DNA of 64,000 nucleotides from a candidate division WOR-3 bacterium (lineage in GTDB: Bacteria; Hydrothermota; Hydrothermia; Hydrothermales; JAJRUZ01): the NCBI GenBank assembly GCA_024277525.1, contig JAJRUZ010000058.1:2767-66766 (forward strand), in the 5' to 3' direction. This document shows positions 28,392 to 38,454 of this stretch, piece by piece. Positions within the stretch are counted from its first letter, which is position 1. Each line of letters begins with the position of its first letter. The notes beneath the pieces were generated by a model. The model was not told the DNA's origin. It saw only the letters and a program-made list of their open reading frames with translations, and did no database searches. Made by a program: the position numbers and the translations under genes.

Positions 28392-29569
28392 GACTTTTTC
28401 AATGCATTATCAATATCCCTTATTATGTCTTCTATTTTCTCAATCCCGACCGAAATTCTTATAAGACCAGGATCAATACCCGCTTTTAGAAGTTCTTTTT
28501 CTTCCATTGTGGAATGTGTCATTGAGGCAGGATGTTCAACGAGTGTCTCAACCGCTCCGAGACTGACTGCTTTTACGCATAATTTTAAAGAATCTATGAA
28601 TTTAATTGCTCCCCTTTTTCCGTTTTTATGAATAAATGAAAGCATACCCGAAAACCCTTTTTTCATCTGTTTTTTTGCTATTTTATGTCCCCAGAATGAA
28701 GGTAACCCCGGATAAAACACCTCTTTTACTTTCGGATGTTCCTCAAGAAATTTTGCAAGTAAAAGTGCATTTTCGGAATGCGCTTTCATTCTTATTGCAA
28801 GTGTTCTAATTCCTCTTAAAACAAGCCATGCATTGAAGGGAGATATTATTCCTCCCAGATGCGCCTTTTCTTCCTTATCAATTTCTTCAATCAGTTCCTT
28901 TTTTCCTATAAGGGCTCCTCCGATTAAATCCGTATGCCCTCCTAAATATTTTGTGAGAGAATACAATGAAATATCTGCCCCCAATTCCAAAGGTCTTTGA
29001 TGATAGGGGGTTGCGAAGGTGTTATCAACCGCAAGGTAGATGTTTTTCTTTCTTGCAATTTTGGAAACTTCCTCAATGTCAATAACATCCATTGTAGGAT
29101 TTGTGGGAGTTTCAATATAAATCAGTTTTGTCCTTTTATCAATTTCCTTTTCCAATTTTTTCACAAATTCCTTTGCTTTTATTCCTTTAAATTCAAAAAG
29201 TCCTTTATTCTCCAGTCTCTTAAAGAGTGCGTAAGTTCCTCCGTATACAGGGTCAGAAAATATCACTTTTTCTCCTTTTTTCAATAAGCCTATAATAAGT
29301 GAGGAAATAGCAGCCATACCCGACGCAAAGCAAATAGCCTTTTCCCCTCCCTCAAGTTCGGCAAGTGTTTTTTCAAGAATTTCTATTGTCGGATTTGAAA
29401 GTCTTGTATAAATATAACCATCTTTTTTACCTTCAAAAAGTTCTCCTCCTTCTTCTGCTGATTTAAAGTAAAAGGTTGAAGAAAGGTGAATCGGAGGTGC
29501 TATGTCTCTTAATTCATATTCTATTTTAGCACCGTGCACACACTTTGTTTCAAAATTTGTTTCTTTCAT
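28388..29569 (-). CDS. Cys/Met-metabolism PLP-dependent enzyme (methionine gamma-lyase / O-acetylhomoserine sulfhydrylase family)
   Basis: 393 aa. PLP-Lys region SLTKYLGGHTDLIGG and the N-terminal LSNPTIEILEKTLAELEGGE motif of the family. Confidence 0.85.
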   Translation of the reverse strand: MKETNFETKCVHGAKIEYELRDIAPPIHLSSTFYFKSAEEGGELFEGKKDGYIYTRLSNPTIEILEKTLAELEGGEKAICFASGMAAISSLIIGLLKKGEKVIFSDPVYGGTYALFKRLENKGLFEFKGIKAKEFVKKLEKEIDKRTKLIYIETPTNPTMDVIDIEEVSKIARKKNIYLAVDNTFATPYHQRPLELGADISLYSLTKYLGGHTDLIGGALIGKKELIEEIDKEEKAHLGGIISPFNAWLVLRGIRTLAIRMKAHSENALLLAKFLEEHPKVKEVFYPGLPSFWGHKIAKKQMKKGFSGMLSFIHKNGKRGAIKFIDSLKLCVKAVSLGAVETLVEHPASMTHSTMEEKELLKAGIDPGLIRISVGIEKIEDIIRDIDNALKKS

Positions 29570-29599
29570 TACCCCTCCCGTAGGGAATTAGAAAGGGAT

Positions 29600-31138
29600 T
29601 TAAACCCTTCCCCAAATTTTTTCGAGTTCATAAGAAATTTCTCCTAAGGTGCAGTTCATTCTTGCGCAGTTTAAAATAAATTTCATCAAATTTTCATTTT
29701 CAGAGACGGCTGTTCTCAGCTCTTCAAGTGCAATTCGCACCCCTTTTTCATCCCTTTTCTTTCTGAATTTTTTTATTTTTTTTATCTCCTCTTTCTCTCC
29801 TTTGCTTTTAATTTTAAAAATTTTAATTTTTTTAATTTTTTCTCTTTTAAATACATTAACACCTACAATTTTTTTCTTCCCCTCTTCCACTTCCCTTTGT
29901 TCTTTATAAGCATTTTCTTCGATCCATCTTTGGAAATAATTCCTTTCTATACATTCTGCTGCTCCCCCTTTTTCTTCAATTTGTTTTAATAAATCAAAGA
30001 TTTTCCCTTCCAATTCCCTTGTTAATTTTTCAACATAATAGGAACCACCGAGAGGGTCAACCGTTTCCGGAATACCTGTTTCGTATGCGAGAATTTGCTG
30101 GGTCCTTAAGGCTATAAGTGCCGCTTCTTCGGAAGGGAGTGAAAGGGCTTCATCAAAACTGTTCGTGTGCAGACTCTGTGTCCCTCCGAGTACAGCAGCC
30201 ATTGCCTGATATGCGGTTCTTATTATATTTAACATAGGCTCCTGTGCCTGCAGGGTTGAACCTGCTGTCTGAGTATGAAACCTTAAATGCATTGCCTTTT
30301 CATCTTTAACATTGAATTTTTCCTTTACAATTTGAGCCCAAACTCTCCTTGCTGCTCTGAATTTTGCAATTTCTTCAAAGAAATTATTATGCGAAGCAAA
30401 GAAAAAAGAGAGTCTTTTTAAAGCAAGTTCAGGGTCAACTCCCCTTTCCGCAAGCCCTCTCACATATTCAATTGCATCAGCAATTGTAAAAGCGACTTCC
30501 TGAACCGCACTTGCTCCCTTTTCCCTGTAATGATAACCGCTTACAGAAACCGGGTAAAACTTCGGGACATTTTTAAAAGAGAATTCCATCACATCAAGTG
30601 CGAGTCTCAATGAATGCCTGACAGGATAAATATAATTTCCCCTTGCTGCAAATTCTTTCAAAATATCATTTTGTAATGTACCCCTGAGATTTTTCCATTC
30701 AATTCCTCTCTCCTCTGCTATTACAAGATAAAAGGCAAAAAGAATGCCTGCTGTTGCGTTTATTGTCATGGAAAGAGAAATCTTCTCTATATCAATATCT
30801 CTTAATACCCTCTCCATTGATTCTTTGCTCCATATTGAAACACCTACCCTTCCCACTTCCCCTTTTGAGAGATGATGGTCAGGGTCATACCCGAGTTGGG
30901 TAGGCAAATCAAGTGCTAAGGAAAGCCCTGTCTGCCCCTCTTTTATCATTTTTTTAAACCTTTGGTTTGTTTCTTCGGGTGTCCCGAATCCTGTGTATTG
31001 TCTCATTGTCCACAATTTTTTAATATACATTTCAGGATAAATTCCGCGTGTGAAAGGGTATTTACCGGGATGAATATCTCCTTCTAAAAATTTACAATCA
31101 CTTAAATCCTCATCTGTAAAATAAGGTTTATTTTTCAT
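29600..31138 (-). CDS. Methylmalonyl-CoA mutase family, catalytic (N-terminal TIM-barrel) subunit without a B12-binding domain
   Basis: 512 aa. YPFTRGIYPEMYIKKLWTMRQYTGFGTPEETNQRFKKMIKEGQTGLSLALDLPTQLGYD matches the MCM substrate-binding barrel. Confidence 0.85.
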   Translation of the reverse strand: MKNKPYFTDEDLSDCKFLEGDIHPGKYPFTRGIYPEMYIKKLWTMRQYTGFGTPEETNQRFKKMIKEGQTGLSLALDLPTQLGYDPDHHLSKGEVGRVGVSIWSKESMERVLRDIDIEKISLSMTINATAGILFAFYLVIAEERGIEWKNLRGTLQNDILKEFAARGNYIYPVRHSLRLALDVMEFSFKNVPKFYPVSVSGYHYREKGASAVQEVAFTIADAIEYVRGLAERGVDPELALKRLSFFFASHNNFFEEIAKFRAARRVWAQIVKEKFNVKDEKAMHLRFHTQTAGSTLQAQEPMLNIIRTAYQAMAAVLGGTQSLHTNSFDEALSLPSEEAALIALRTQQILAYETGIPETVDPLGGSYYVEKLTRELEGKIFDLLKQIEEKGGAAECIERNYFQRWIEENAYKEQREVEEGKKKIVGVNVFKREKIKKIKIFKIKSKGEKEEIKKIKKFRKKRDEKGVRIALEELRTAVSENENLMKFILNCARMNCTLGEISYELEKIWGRV

Positions 31139-31532
31139 CTCCTTTTATGATATAAAGAATTTCTCCCCTTTTAACTGTTTTATTCTCTTTTGCTTCTGCT
31201 TTGATTATCTTTCCGTTTATTTTTGCTTTAATTTCATTTTGCATTTTCATTGCTTCAATTACACACAGGGATTCGTTCTCATTTACATAGTCTCCTTCCT
31301 TTTTAAAAACCTTTACAATTTTTCCGGACATGGGAGAGATTATTTTTCCGTCCGAATCCTCTTTTCCTTTCTCCTTAAATGTTTTTCTTTCCTTTTTTAT
31401 TAAGTAAAAACCTAAGGGAGTGTATAAATTATATATATCTTTGTTCTTTTCTATATAAAAAGTAAAAAAACTGTTATTTTTTATTACTACTTTTAAAGGT
31501 GTACCCGGGATATCCTCAATTTTTCCATTCAT
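31128..31532 (-). CDS. Biotin-requiring (biotinyl/lipoyl) carrier domain protein
   Basis: 134 aa. C-terminal biotinylation motif CVIEAMKMQNEIKA. Confidence 0.7.
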   Translation of the reverse strand: MNGKIEDIPGTPLKVVIKNNSFFTFYIEKNKDIYNLYTPLGFYLIKKERKTFKEKGKEDSDGKIISPMSGKIVKVFKKEGDYVNENESLCVIEAMKMQNEIKAKINGKIIKAEAKENKTVKRGEILYIIKGDEK

Positions 31533-32473
31533 TCGAGCCCCTGAAGATTGAGAATTGTTCCTTTATCAGAGATGATCACTTTCACTTTATCGGACAATTT
31601 ATCAACATAAAGGTAATTTATGTATTCCGGATGTTTTTCCAGTTCTTTGCTTATGATTTTTATTGCTTCTGCCTTTCCTTCTGCTTCTATTTTTATTCTT
31701 TCTGCCTCTTTTCTTTGTTTTTCAAGTAAGTATTCCATCCTTTCTGCTTCCTGTTGTGCTATCTGTTTCTCTTCAATTGCCTTTGCAAAATCGGGAGTGA
31801 AGTGAACATCCCTTAATATTACTGCTTCAATTAAAAACCCATCCTTTTCCAGTTTTTCTTTAACCCTTTTCTCAATTTCCTCTTGTATTTCCTCCCTTTT
31901 TGAAGAATATATTTCGGTGACCGAATGCGAGGAAATTACATGTCTTACTTCTGACCTTATTGCAGGTCTTATTACCTTTTCATCGTAGTCGGGTCCGATA
32001 TTTTTATGGACTTTTATAATATTTTCCTTCGGAATCCTATACCAGCATGTTAAGTCAAGACCGATCTGAAGTCCTTCTTTTGTAGGTGACCACAAGGAGT
32101 CATCGATGTTTTTTTTCTTCCCTTCTCCTTTTCTTGCTGTCATTGTATATTCTTGTCTTCTTATATTATACAGATAAGTTTTATAAAAAAATCTCGGGAC
32201 GAACTGGAGTCCTTCGCTTTTAACCCCGTATTTTTTGGTGAAAATATTGAAGGTAAGAAGTGCATACCCGATAGGGACTTCTCTAAAACTTGAAATTATA
32301 TAAAAAAATAAGACAGCACCTATTATTATAAAAATGAGTCTCGGGGTAAATTCCAGTTTTCTTACAGGGATTATTTCTCCCCTTCTTTCTGTTAAGACTA
32401 CTTTAAATGCAAATTTATAAATCAAGTATGCGATTAGCCAGAATAAAATTATTAAAATTAAAAGTTCAAACAT
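31529..32473 (-). CDS. SPFH/band-7 (prohibitin/HflC-like) membrane protein
   Basis: 314 aa. N-terminal TM helix, an SPFH core, and a C-terminal coiled coil (EEKQIAQQEAERMEYLLEKQRKEAERIKIEAEG). Confidence 0.8.
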   Translation of the reverse strand: MFELLILIILFWLIAYLIYKFAFKVVLTERRGEIIPVRKLEFTPRLIFIIIGAVLFFYIISSFREVPIGYALLTFNIFTKKYGVKSEGLQFVPRFFYKTYLYNIRRQEYTMTARKGEGKKKNIDDSLWSPTKEGLQIGLDLTCWYRIPKENIIKVHKNIGPDYDEKVIRPAIRSEVRHVISSHSVTEIYSSKREEIQEEIEKRVKEKLEKDGFLIEAVILRDVHFTPDFAKAIEEKQIAQQEAERMEYLLEKQRKEAERIKIEAEGKAEAIKIISKELEKHPEYINYLYVDKLSDKVKVIISDKGTILNLQGLE

Positions 32474-32512
32474 TTTTCCTCCTTGTTGAAATTTTTTTGA
32501 TTTTATATTATA

Positions 32513-33604
32513 ATGAAAAAATGGAACATAAGTTCAATTCTTATAAAAAATTTGAAAAAATTTATGCTCGGTAGAAAAAAAGGATTGCTCGGAGTTGATA
32601 TAGGTTCTTCAAGTGTTAAAATTTCCCTCCTTGAAGGAACAAAGGAGGGTGCGAAGGTAAAGGATTTATGGATTTCTCCTTTGCCTCCTGAAGCGATAGC
32701 AGAAGGTGATATTATGGAAAGGGATGCTGTGGTTGAGACTTTAAAAAGATATATTGATGAAAAAAAGCCTTCTACCAAAAATGTTGCTTCTTTTATTCCC
32801 AATCCCAGAGCTTTAAATATTAAAAGAATAAAAATGGACAAACTGCCACCCGAAGAAGTAAAGGAACAGATAAAATGGCAAGCAGAGCAGTATTTCGGTC
32901 TTGACCCGACCGAGATTTCTGTAGATGGAGATATTGTGGATCCGGATGTAAGCGAGACTGAAATAGAGGTAATGCTTGTTGCAGCAAGAAATGATGCTGT
33001 ATTGGATTATGTATCGGTCCTCAAATCATCGGGACTTGCACCGAAGGTACTTGATGTTCATGTGTTTGCCTTATACAATGTTTTCGAATTCAATTATCCT
33101 GATATAGCGAAATCCGAGGATATAAACGGTGTGCTTCATATCGGTAAGAATTTTTCCACTGTTTTTTATTTTGCAGGCAAGGGTCCTTATCTTATAAGGG
33201 ACATTCGCATAAGTATCAGGGATTTAATCAATATGATGCAAGAAAGACTTGACCTCTCTTATGAGGACAGTGAGGCAATAATAAAGGGTGAAAAAGAGGC
33301 TTCCTCTGCGATGACATTTGAAATTTATAGGGAATATACTTCACGTGTTGCTGATGAAGTCAAGAAGACTTTTCCTTATATTGAGAAAAAAGAGACCCCT
33401 GACAGAATTTATGTTTCAGGGGGAGGTTCTCTTGTGCCTGAGTTTATTCAGAATCTTGCTGAGGAACTCGGAGTGCAGACAGAGAGGATGAATCCTTTTG
33501 AGAGAATTTCATTATCCGACGAATTTTATGAACTCGGAACACCGGAAATATTAGGAGCACTATTTGCTCCTTCACTCGGATTATCATTAAGGGGGGTTTT
33601 ATGA
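32513..33604 (+). CDS. pilM: Type IV pilus assembly protein PilM (likely true start at 32567, MLGRKKGLLGVDIG)
   Basis: Actin-like ATPase fold motifs GVDIGSSSVKISLLE and DIGKNFSTVFYF. Followed by pilN, pilO and pilP. Confidence 0.8.
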   Translation: MKKWNISSILIKNLKKFMLGRKKGLLGVDIGSSSVKISLLEGTKEGAKVKDLWISPLPPEAIAEGDIMERDAVVETLKRYIDEKKPSTKNVASFIPNPRALNIKRIKMDKLPPEEVKEQIKWQAEQYFGLDPTEISVDGDIVDPDVSETEIEVMLVAARNDAVLDYVSVLKSSGLAPKVLDVHVFALYNVFEFNYPDIAKSEDINGVLHIGKNFSTVFYFAGKGPYLIRDIRISIRDLINMMQERLDLSYEDSEAIIKGEKEASSAMTFEIYREYTSRVADEVKKTFPYIEKKETPDRIYVSGGGSLVPEFIQNLAEELGVQTERMNPFERISLSDEFYELGTPEILGALFAPSLGLSLRGVL

Positions 33605-34191
33605 TAAAAATAAATCTTTTACCGCCCGAAGAAAAAATAGAAAGAAAAATAAAGATCACTTTGCCCCCTATAGGAATATATGAAATTGCAGGAACTCTTA
33701 TACTTCTGGTTTCCCTCCTCTGGACATTCTTTTCCTGCAGTACCACAAAGGCAAAAATTTCCGATTTACGCAACAAAATAAAAAGGGATAGCACGGAACT
33801 TGCCTCACTTAAAGAAGTCCAGAAAAAAGTGCAAATGCTTGAAAAAACAAAAAATGATTTCCAGAGGAAGGTTAACATTGCAAAGAGACTTTTGTCAAGC
33901 ATAAATACCGAAGTGATGATTCTTGACGAACTTTCAAAGGCGCTTCCGGATTATGTGTGGCTTAAATCTTTTACTCATACCGGGAATATGGTAAAAATTG
34001 AAGGAGCCTCCTTTTCCAATCTTTTCATCGCGGACTTTATTCAAAATCTTAAAGCTTCTCCTGTTTTCAGTAAAGAAATTATACTTGAGAAAATAAGTGT
34101 TTCCAAGGAAGGCGAGTCCGAATATTTGGCGTTTTCTTTACGGGTACCTGTAAAAATGGGTTTACTTTCTCAACCAACGGAGGGCAAGTAA
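33601..34191 (+). CDS. pilN: Type IV pilus assembly protein PilN
   Basis: 196 aa. MIKINLLPPEEK start, a single TM helix, then a coiled coil. ATGA overlap with pilM. Confidence 0.75.
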   Translation: MIKINLLPPEEKIERKIKITLPPIGIYEIAGTLILLVSLLWTFFSCSTTKAKISDLRNKIKRDSTELASLKEVQKKVQMLEKTKNDFQRKVNIAKRLLSSINTEVMILDELSKALPDYVWLKSFTHTGNMVKIEGASFSNLFIADFIQNLKASPVFSKEIILEKISVSKEGESEYLAFSLRVPVKMGLLSQPTEGK

Positions 34192-34192
34192 A

Positions 34193-34795
34193 ATGGATAA
34201 TAAATTAAAATATTTCATAGTTACTGCTGCCTTGGGAGTGATAATCTTTGCGGTCTATCATTTTTTCTTTTATAACAAGATGAAAGCAAAAATTGAGAAA
34301 CTTGAGAAGAAATATCAGAGAATAAGCATGGACTTACAGACAGCCCGCCTTGCTGCAAACAGGTTACCTCAGCTTGAAATTGAGATAAAAAAACTTCAAT
34401 ATCTATGGGAAAAGGCGATAAAACTTTTACCTACCAAAGAAAAGCCCGAAGAAATTATAAATCTTTTACAACAGAGAGCAACACAAAACGGAGTGAAGAT
34501 TAACAAATTAACCAGGAATGCACCCGTAGCAAAAGGGGAATATACAGAGCTCCCCTATTCTTTGGAAGTAACTGCAAATTATCATGACCTTGTAAAATTT
34601 ATTTCCGAACTTTCTACACTTTCAAGACTTGTTACGGTTGAAGGAATAAAAATTACGACTTCAAAAACGGATGAGAAGACATGTAGTGCTTCATTTGTTG
34701 CAAAGTTTTACTCTGTAGGAACAGCAGCCGGTGCAAAGGTTGAAAAAAAGAAAGGAGTAAAACCTAAAAAAGGAAAAAAGAGGAGGAAGAAATAA
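34193..34795 (+). CDS. pilO: Type IV pilus assembly protein PilO
   Basis: 200 aa. One TM helix, a coiled coil, and a ferredoxin-like C-terminus. Position and architecture fit PilO. Confidence 0.6.
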   Translation: MDNKLKYFIVTAALGVIIFAVYHFFFYNKMKAKIEKLEKKYQRISMDLQTARLAANRLPQLEIEIKKLQYLWEKAIKLLPTKEKPEEIINLLQQRATQNGVKINKLTRNAPVAKGEYTELPYSLEVTANYHDLVKFISELSTLSRLVTVEGIKITTSKTDEKTCSASFVAKFYSVGTAAGAKVEKKKGVKPKKGKKRRKK

Positions 34796-35283
34796 TGACA
34801 AAACAATTGAAACTTTTTCTGGTTTTGGTTCTGTTTATGACTTTTGTTTCATGTAAAAAGAAAAAAGTGGTTAAAAAACCCGAAGAAGGTATAAAAAGTG
34901 TTCAACCGCAAAAGGGATTTGTTCTCGGTCAGGAAATAGATACAACAGAACTAAAAAAAGAGCTTTTACCCAAGGGTTACAATTATGAACCTGGGGGAAG
35001 AAGGGACCCGTTCGTTTCACTTATCGGAAAAGGTTATCAACGAGGAGAGGAGGAGGTTATAGACCTTTCCAATTTGAAACTTGTAGGAATAATGAAAGGA
35101 CCTAAGGGTGCTGTAGCCTTATTTGAGGCACCCGATGGAAGAAGTTATACGGTAAGACAGGGAGACGCGGTCAGAAATGGGTATGTAAAAGAAATCACGG
35201 ATAAAGAAGTTATAGTTGAGGTTACTGCATACGGTGTTCCCATAACAGTAAAATATGAATTAAAGAGAAGCAAATTAAAATAA
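34795..35283 (+). CDS. pilP: PilP-like lipoprotein
   Basis: 162 aa. Lipoprotein signal (LVLVLFMTFVSC), a proline- and charge-rich linker, and a beta-rich C-terminus. Sits at the PilP position. Confidence 0.45.
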   Translation: MTKQLKLFLVLVLFMTFVSCKKKKVVKKPEEGIKSVQPQKGFVLGQEIDTTELKKELLPKGYNYEPGGRRDPFVSLIGKGYQRGEEEVIDLSNLKLVGIMKGPKGAVALFEAPDGRSYTVRQGDAVRNGYVKEITDKEVIVEVTAYGVPITVKYELKRSKLK

Positions 35284-35284
35284 A

Positions 35285-37102
35285 ATGTGCGGTATTGTCG
35301 GATATATCGGAAATAAAGATGTAGATAGTGTAATTCTTGTCGGTCTTGAGAAACTTGAATACAGGGGTTATGATTCTGCAGGATTTGCAAGTATTATTGA
35401 TGGTGAGTTATTGATAAAGAAAAAGAAAGGCAGGATAAGAGAACTTGCTGCGCTCTTAAATGGAATTCCTATTTCTTCGAATATCGGAATAGGGCATACA
35501 AGATGGGCAACACACGGAAAACCTACGGATGAAAACGCACATCCTCATACGGATTGTAAAAAGCTTTTTGCAGTTGTTCATAACGGAATAATTGAAAATT
35601 TCAGGGAATTAAGAAAAAAACTTGAGAAAAGTCATAAATTCATCTCCACCACTGATACTGAGATAATTGTGCACCTGCTTGAAGAGAATTATGAAGGTAA
35701 ATTTTTAGAATCCGTATTAAAAACAATCAAATCTTTGGAAGGTTCGTTTGCACTTGCTATTATAAACAGAAACCATCCCGAAATGCTTATAGGAGTGAGA
35801 AAGGGTTCTCCTTTAATTGTAGGGATAGGAAAGGATGAGAATCTTCTTGCATCGGATATTCCTGCCATAATTTCTCATACAAGAAGAATAATTCCTATGG
35901 AAGATGGTGAAATTGCTGTGCTTACGCAAAATAAAGTTGAGATATACGATTTTGATGGAAAAAGAAAAAGAAGGAGGTCGGTTTATATAGAATGGGAAGA
36001 AGATATGATAGAGAAAAGGGGTTATCCGCATTTTATGCTTAAAGAAATTCATGAACAGCCGAGGGTAATAGAGGATAATTTAATCAGGGTTATAGAAGAG
36101 GGAAAAGTCAGGATTCCTTCCGAAGAAGTAAAAAACCTTTTGATAAATTCAAAATATATAATAATTCAGGCTGCAGGCACGAGTTTTCATGCGGGATTAT
36201 ACGGAAAATATTTGTTTGAAAAATATATGAAAACATTTACCGAATGTGAATTATCATCGGAATTCAGATATAAAGAACTTATTACCGATGCAAAAGCCCT
36301 CTGTATAGGAATTTCACAATCAGGGGAAACAGCAGATACGCTTGCAGGGATTCGTAAAGCAAAAGAATTGGGTATTCCCATTTTGTCCCTTGTGAATGTC
36401 AGAGGAAGCACAATTGACAGGGAATCGGATGTTACGATTTACATAAATGCAGGACCGGAAATAGGGGTTGCTTCTACAAAGGCATATACTGCACAGCTAT
36501 TTAATCTCCTCGTTATGGCAATTGATGTAGGAAGAGAGAAGGGGACTTTAAAAGAAGAGGAAGAAAAGGAAATTATAAAGGAATTAAAGCAGATTCCTGA
36601 TAAAATGAGATATATTTTGGGAAGGGAAGATGAAATATCCCAGATAGCCAAAAAATATTACAATGTTAGAAATACGATGTTTCTCGGAAGGGGCTTATTA
36701 TATCCGACCGCACTTGAAGGTGCTTTAAAATTGAAAGAAATTTCATATATTCATGCTACGGGTTATGCAGCAGGTGAAATGAAACATGGACCTATCGCCT
36801 TAATTGATGAAAATTTTCCTGTCATTGCGATTGCTCCGAAGAATGAACTGTACGAAAAGATGATGTCAAATATTGAAGAAGTAAAAGCAAGGGAGGCACC
36901 TGTTATCGGCATCGGAACAGAAGGAGACCAGGATTTAAGAAAAATCTGTGATGATTTCATTCCCATACCCCACATACATTATCTTCTTCAGCCCTTAATT
37001 GCAATTGTACCGCTTCAATTACTTGCCTATCATATCGCACTTTTAAGGGGTTGTGATGTGGATAAACCGAGAAACCTTGCCAAAAGTGTGACTGTTGAAT
37101 AA
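35285..37102 (+). CDS. glmS: Glutamine--fructose-6-phosphate aminotransferase
   Basis: 605 aa. MCGIVGYIG N-terminal nucleophile, two SIS domains, and a C-terminal ...KSVTVE. Confidence 0.95.
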   Translation: MCGIVGYIGNKDVDSVILVGLEKLEYRGYDSAGFASIIDGELLIKKKKGRIRELAALLNGIPISSNIGIGHTRWATHGKPTDENAHPHTDCKKLFAVVHNGIIENFRELRKKLEKSHKFISTTDTEIIVHLLEENYEGKFLESVLKTIKSLEGSFALAIINRNHPEMLIGVRKGSPLIVGIGKDENLLASDIPAIISHTRRIIPMEDGEIAVLTQNKVEIYDFDGKRKRRRSVYIEWEEDMIEKRGYPHFMLKEIHEQPRVIEDNLIRVIEEGKVRIPSEEVKNLLINSKYIIIQAAGTSFHAGLYGKYLFEKYMKTFTECELSSEFRYKELITDAKALCIGISQSGETADTLAGIRKAKELGIPILSLVNVRGSTIDRESDVTIYINAGPEIGVASTKAYTAQLFNLLVMAIDVGREKGTLKEEEEKEIIKELKQIPDKMRYILGREDEISQIAKKYYNVRNTMFLGRGLLYPTALEGALKLKEISYIHATGYAAGEMKHGPIALIDENFPVIAIAPKNELYEKMMSNIEEVKAREAPVIGIGTEGDQDLRKICDDFIPIPHIHYLLQPLIAIVPLQLLAYHIALLRGCDVDKPRNLAKSVTVE

Positions 37103-37243
37103 TCGGTGAATTTCCGGGTACGGAAGGGTGAAACAACGGATGAGGCAAACTAAGAGCGATGGGGGAGTAACATTCTTGTTGCGAATTTTAAGGCAGGAGC
37201 AACTGTAGGGGCGATTTCCGAATTGCGGATTTGAGAGCTTATA

Positions 37244-38436
37244 TTGGGTAATATTATGAAATCGGGAAAATCAGGAGGATTATATCTTCATTTACCCGTA
37301 AAATATTACTTCGGAATCGGAATATGGGAGAAAAAACTTTCGGATTTGTTACCTTTGCTCGGAAAAAGGGTTCTTTTAATCACAGGCAGAAAATTTGCAC
37401 AAAAACACGGATATGTGGATAAAATAAAAAACATATTTGAAAGTTGTAATATCAAATTTTTCCATTACAATAAAATATCTCCTAATCCTAAGACTCATGA
37501 AATAGAAACCGCAGGAGAACTTGCAAGGAGGGAAAAGATAACAGGACTTTTGGGTTTCGGAGGAGGAAGTGTAATGGATGCAACAAAGGCAATCTCAATG
37601 TCTGCGGTAAATAAAGATAAAATATGGAGTTACACCATGAGACAAAAAACACCAGAAATTTCTCCTCTCCCTTTCGGTCTTATACCAACAACTCCTGCTA
37701 CGGGTTCTGAACTTAATTCCTCCGCAATCATTACAAATACCCGCGAAAAAAGAAAATGGGGAATTTTGATGATAGCATTTTCCCGAAATTTTCAATTGTG
37801 GACCCCTTACTTTCAAAAACTCTTGATTTAAATTATTTATCTCTATGTGCAATTGACATAATTACCCATATGTTAGAACCCTTTATAACAGGGTTTTATA
37901 AAGCGGAAATTCAAAGGGGCATAGCCAAATTTTTTATAAAAAAAACAATTGACACAATCAGAGCATTAAAAAAAGAGCCGAATAATACAGATTTAAGGGG
38001 AAACATGCACATTTTATCTGGTCTTGCCCTTTCAGGAATTGCAACAAGGGGAACGGGAGGTTTTCATGAATTGCACTGGCTGGAACATATTGTATCAGGT
38101 TTTTTTGATAATGTTTCACATCCTGCAGGTCTCTCAATTCTTCTTATTCCTTGGTTAAAATACAGATGGGAGAAAAATAAAGAAAATATAACTGATTTGT
38201 TTTCATTTATACTTCAAAAAGAAAATGTTAAAAAAGAAGAAATTTTTGAATATCTTGATAAGTTTTATAAAGAAATAAATCTGGAAAGGAGTTTCAGGAA
38301 ATACGGAATTAATGAAAAAGACATTGATAATTTTGTAAAAGAATATGCATTTCTTACCGCTAAATTTCCGAAATTCTTTCCGGAAAAAATTGATGAAAAG
38401 AATTTAATAAAAATTTTTGAACAAACATTATTATAA
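37244..38436 (+). CDS. Iron-containing alcohol dehydrogenase, split into two ORFs by a frameshift in the homopolymer-rich 37744-37770
   Basis: The N-terminal part has the GGGSVMD motif. The C-terminal part (37756-38436) continues the Fe-ADH fold (…LEPFITGF…HELHWLEH…). One extra base around AAAATGGGGAATTTT restores REKRK(W/M)GNFDDSIFP. Confidence 0.75.
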
Positions 38437-38454
38437 AGGAAAATTTAAAAAAAC

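Noticed and set aside
32513-32566. The 18-codon N-terminal extension of pilM in the ORF track (MKKWNISSILIKNLKKFM)
   Set aside because: PilM homologs begin near the GLLGVDIG motif. The internal ATG at 32567 gives a conventional N-terminus, so the extension is likely not translated. The coordinates are kept but the alternative start is noted.
35200-35290. Looked for a glmS ribozyme upstream of glmS
   Set aside because: glmS starts 1 nt after the pilP stop, so there is no room for a roughly 150-nt ribozyme leader. The GC-rich structured segment is downstream, not upstream.
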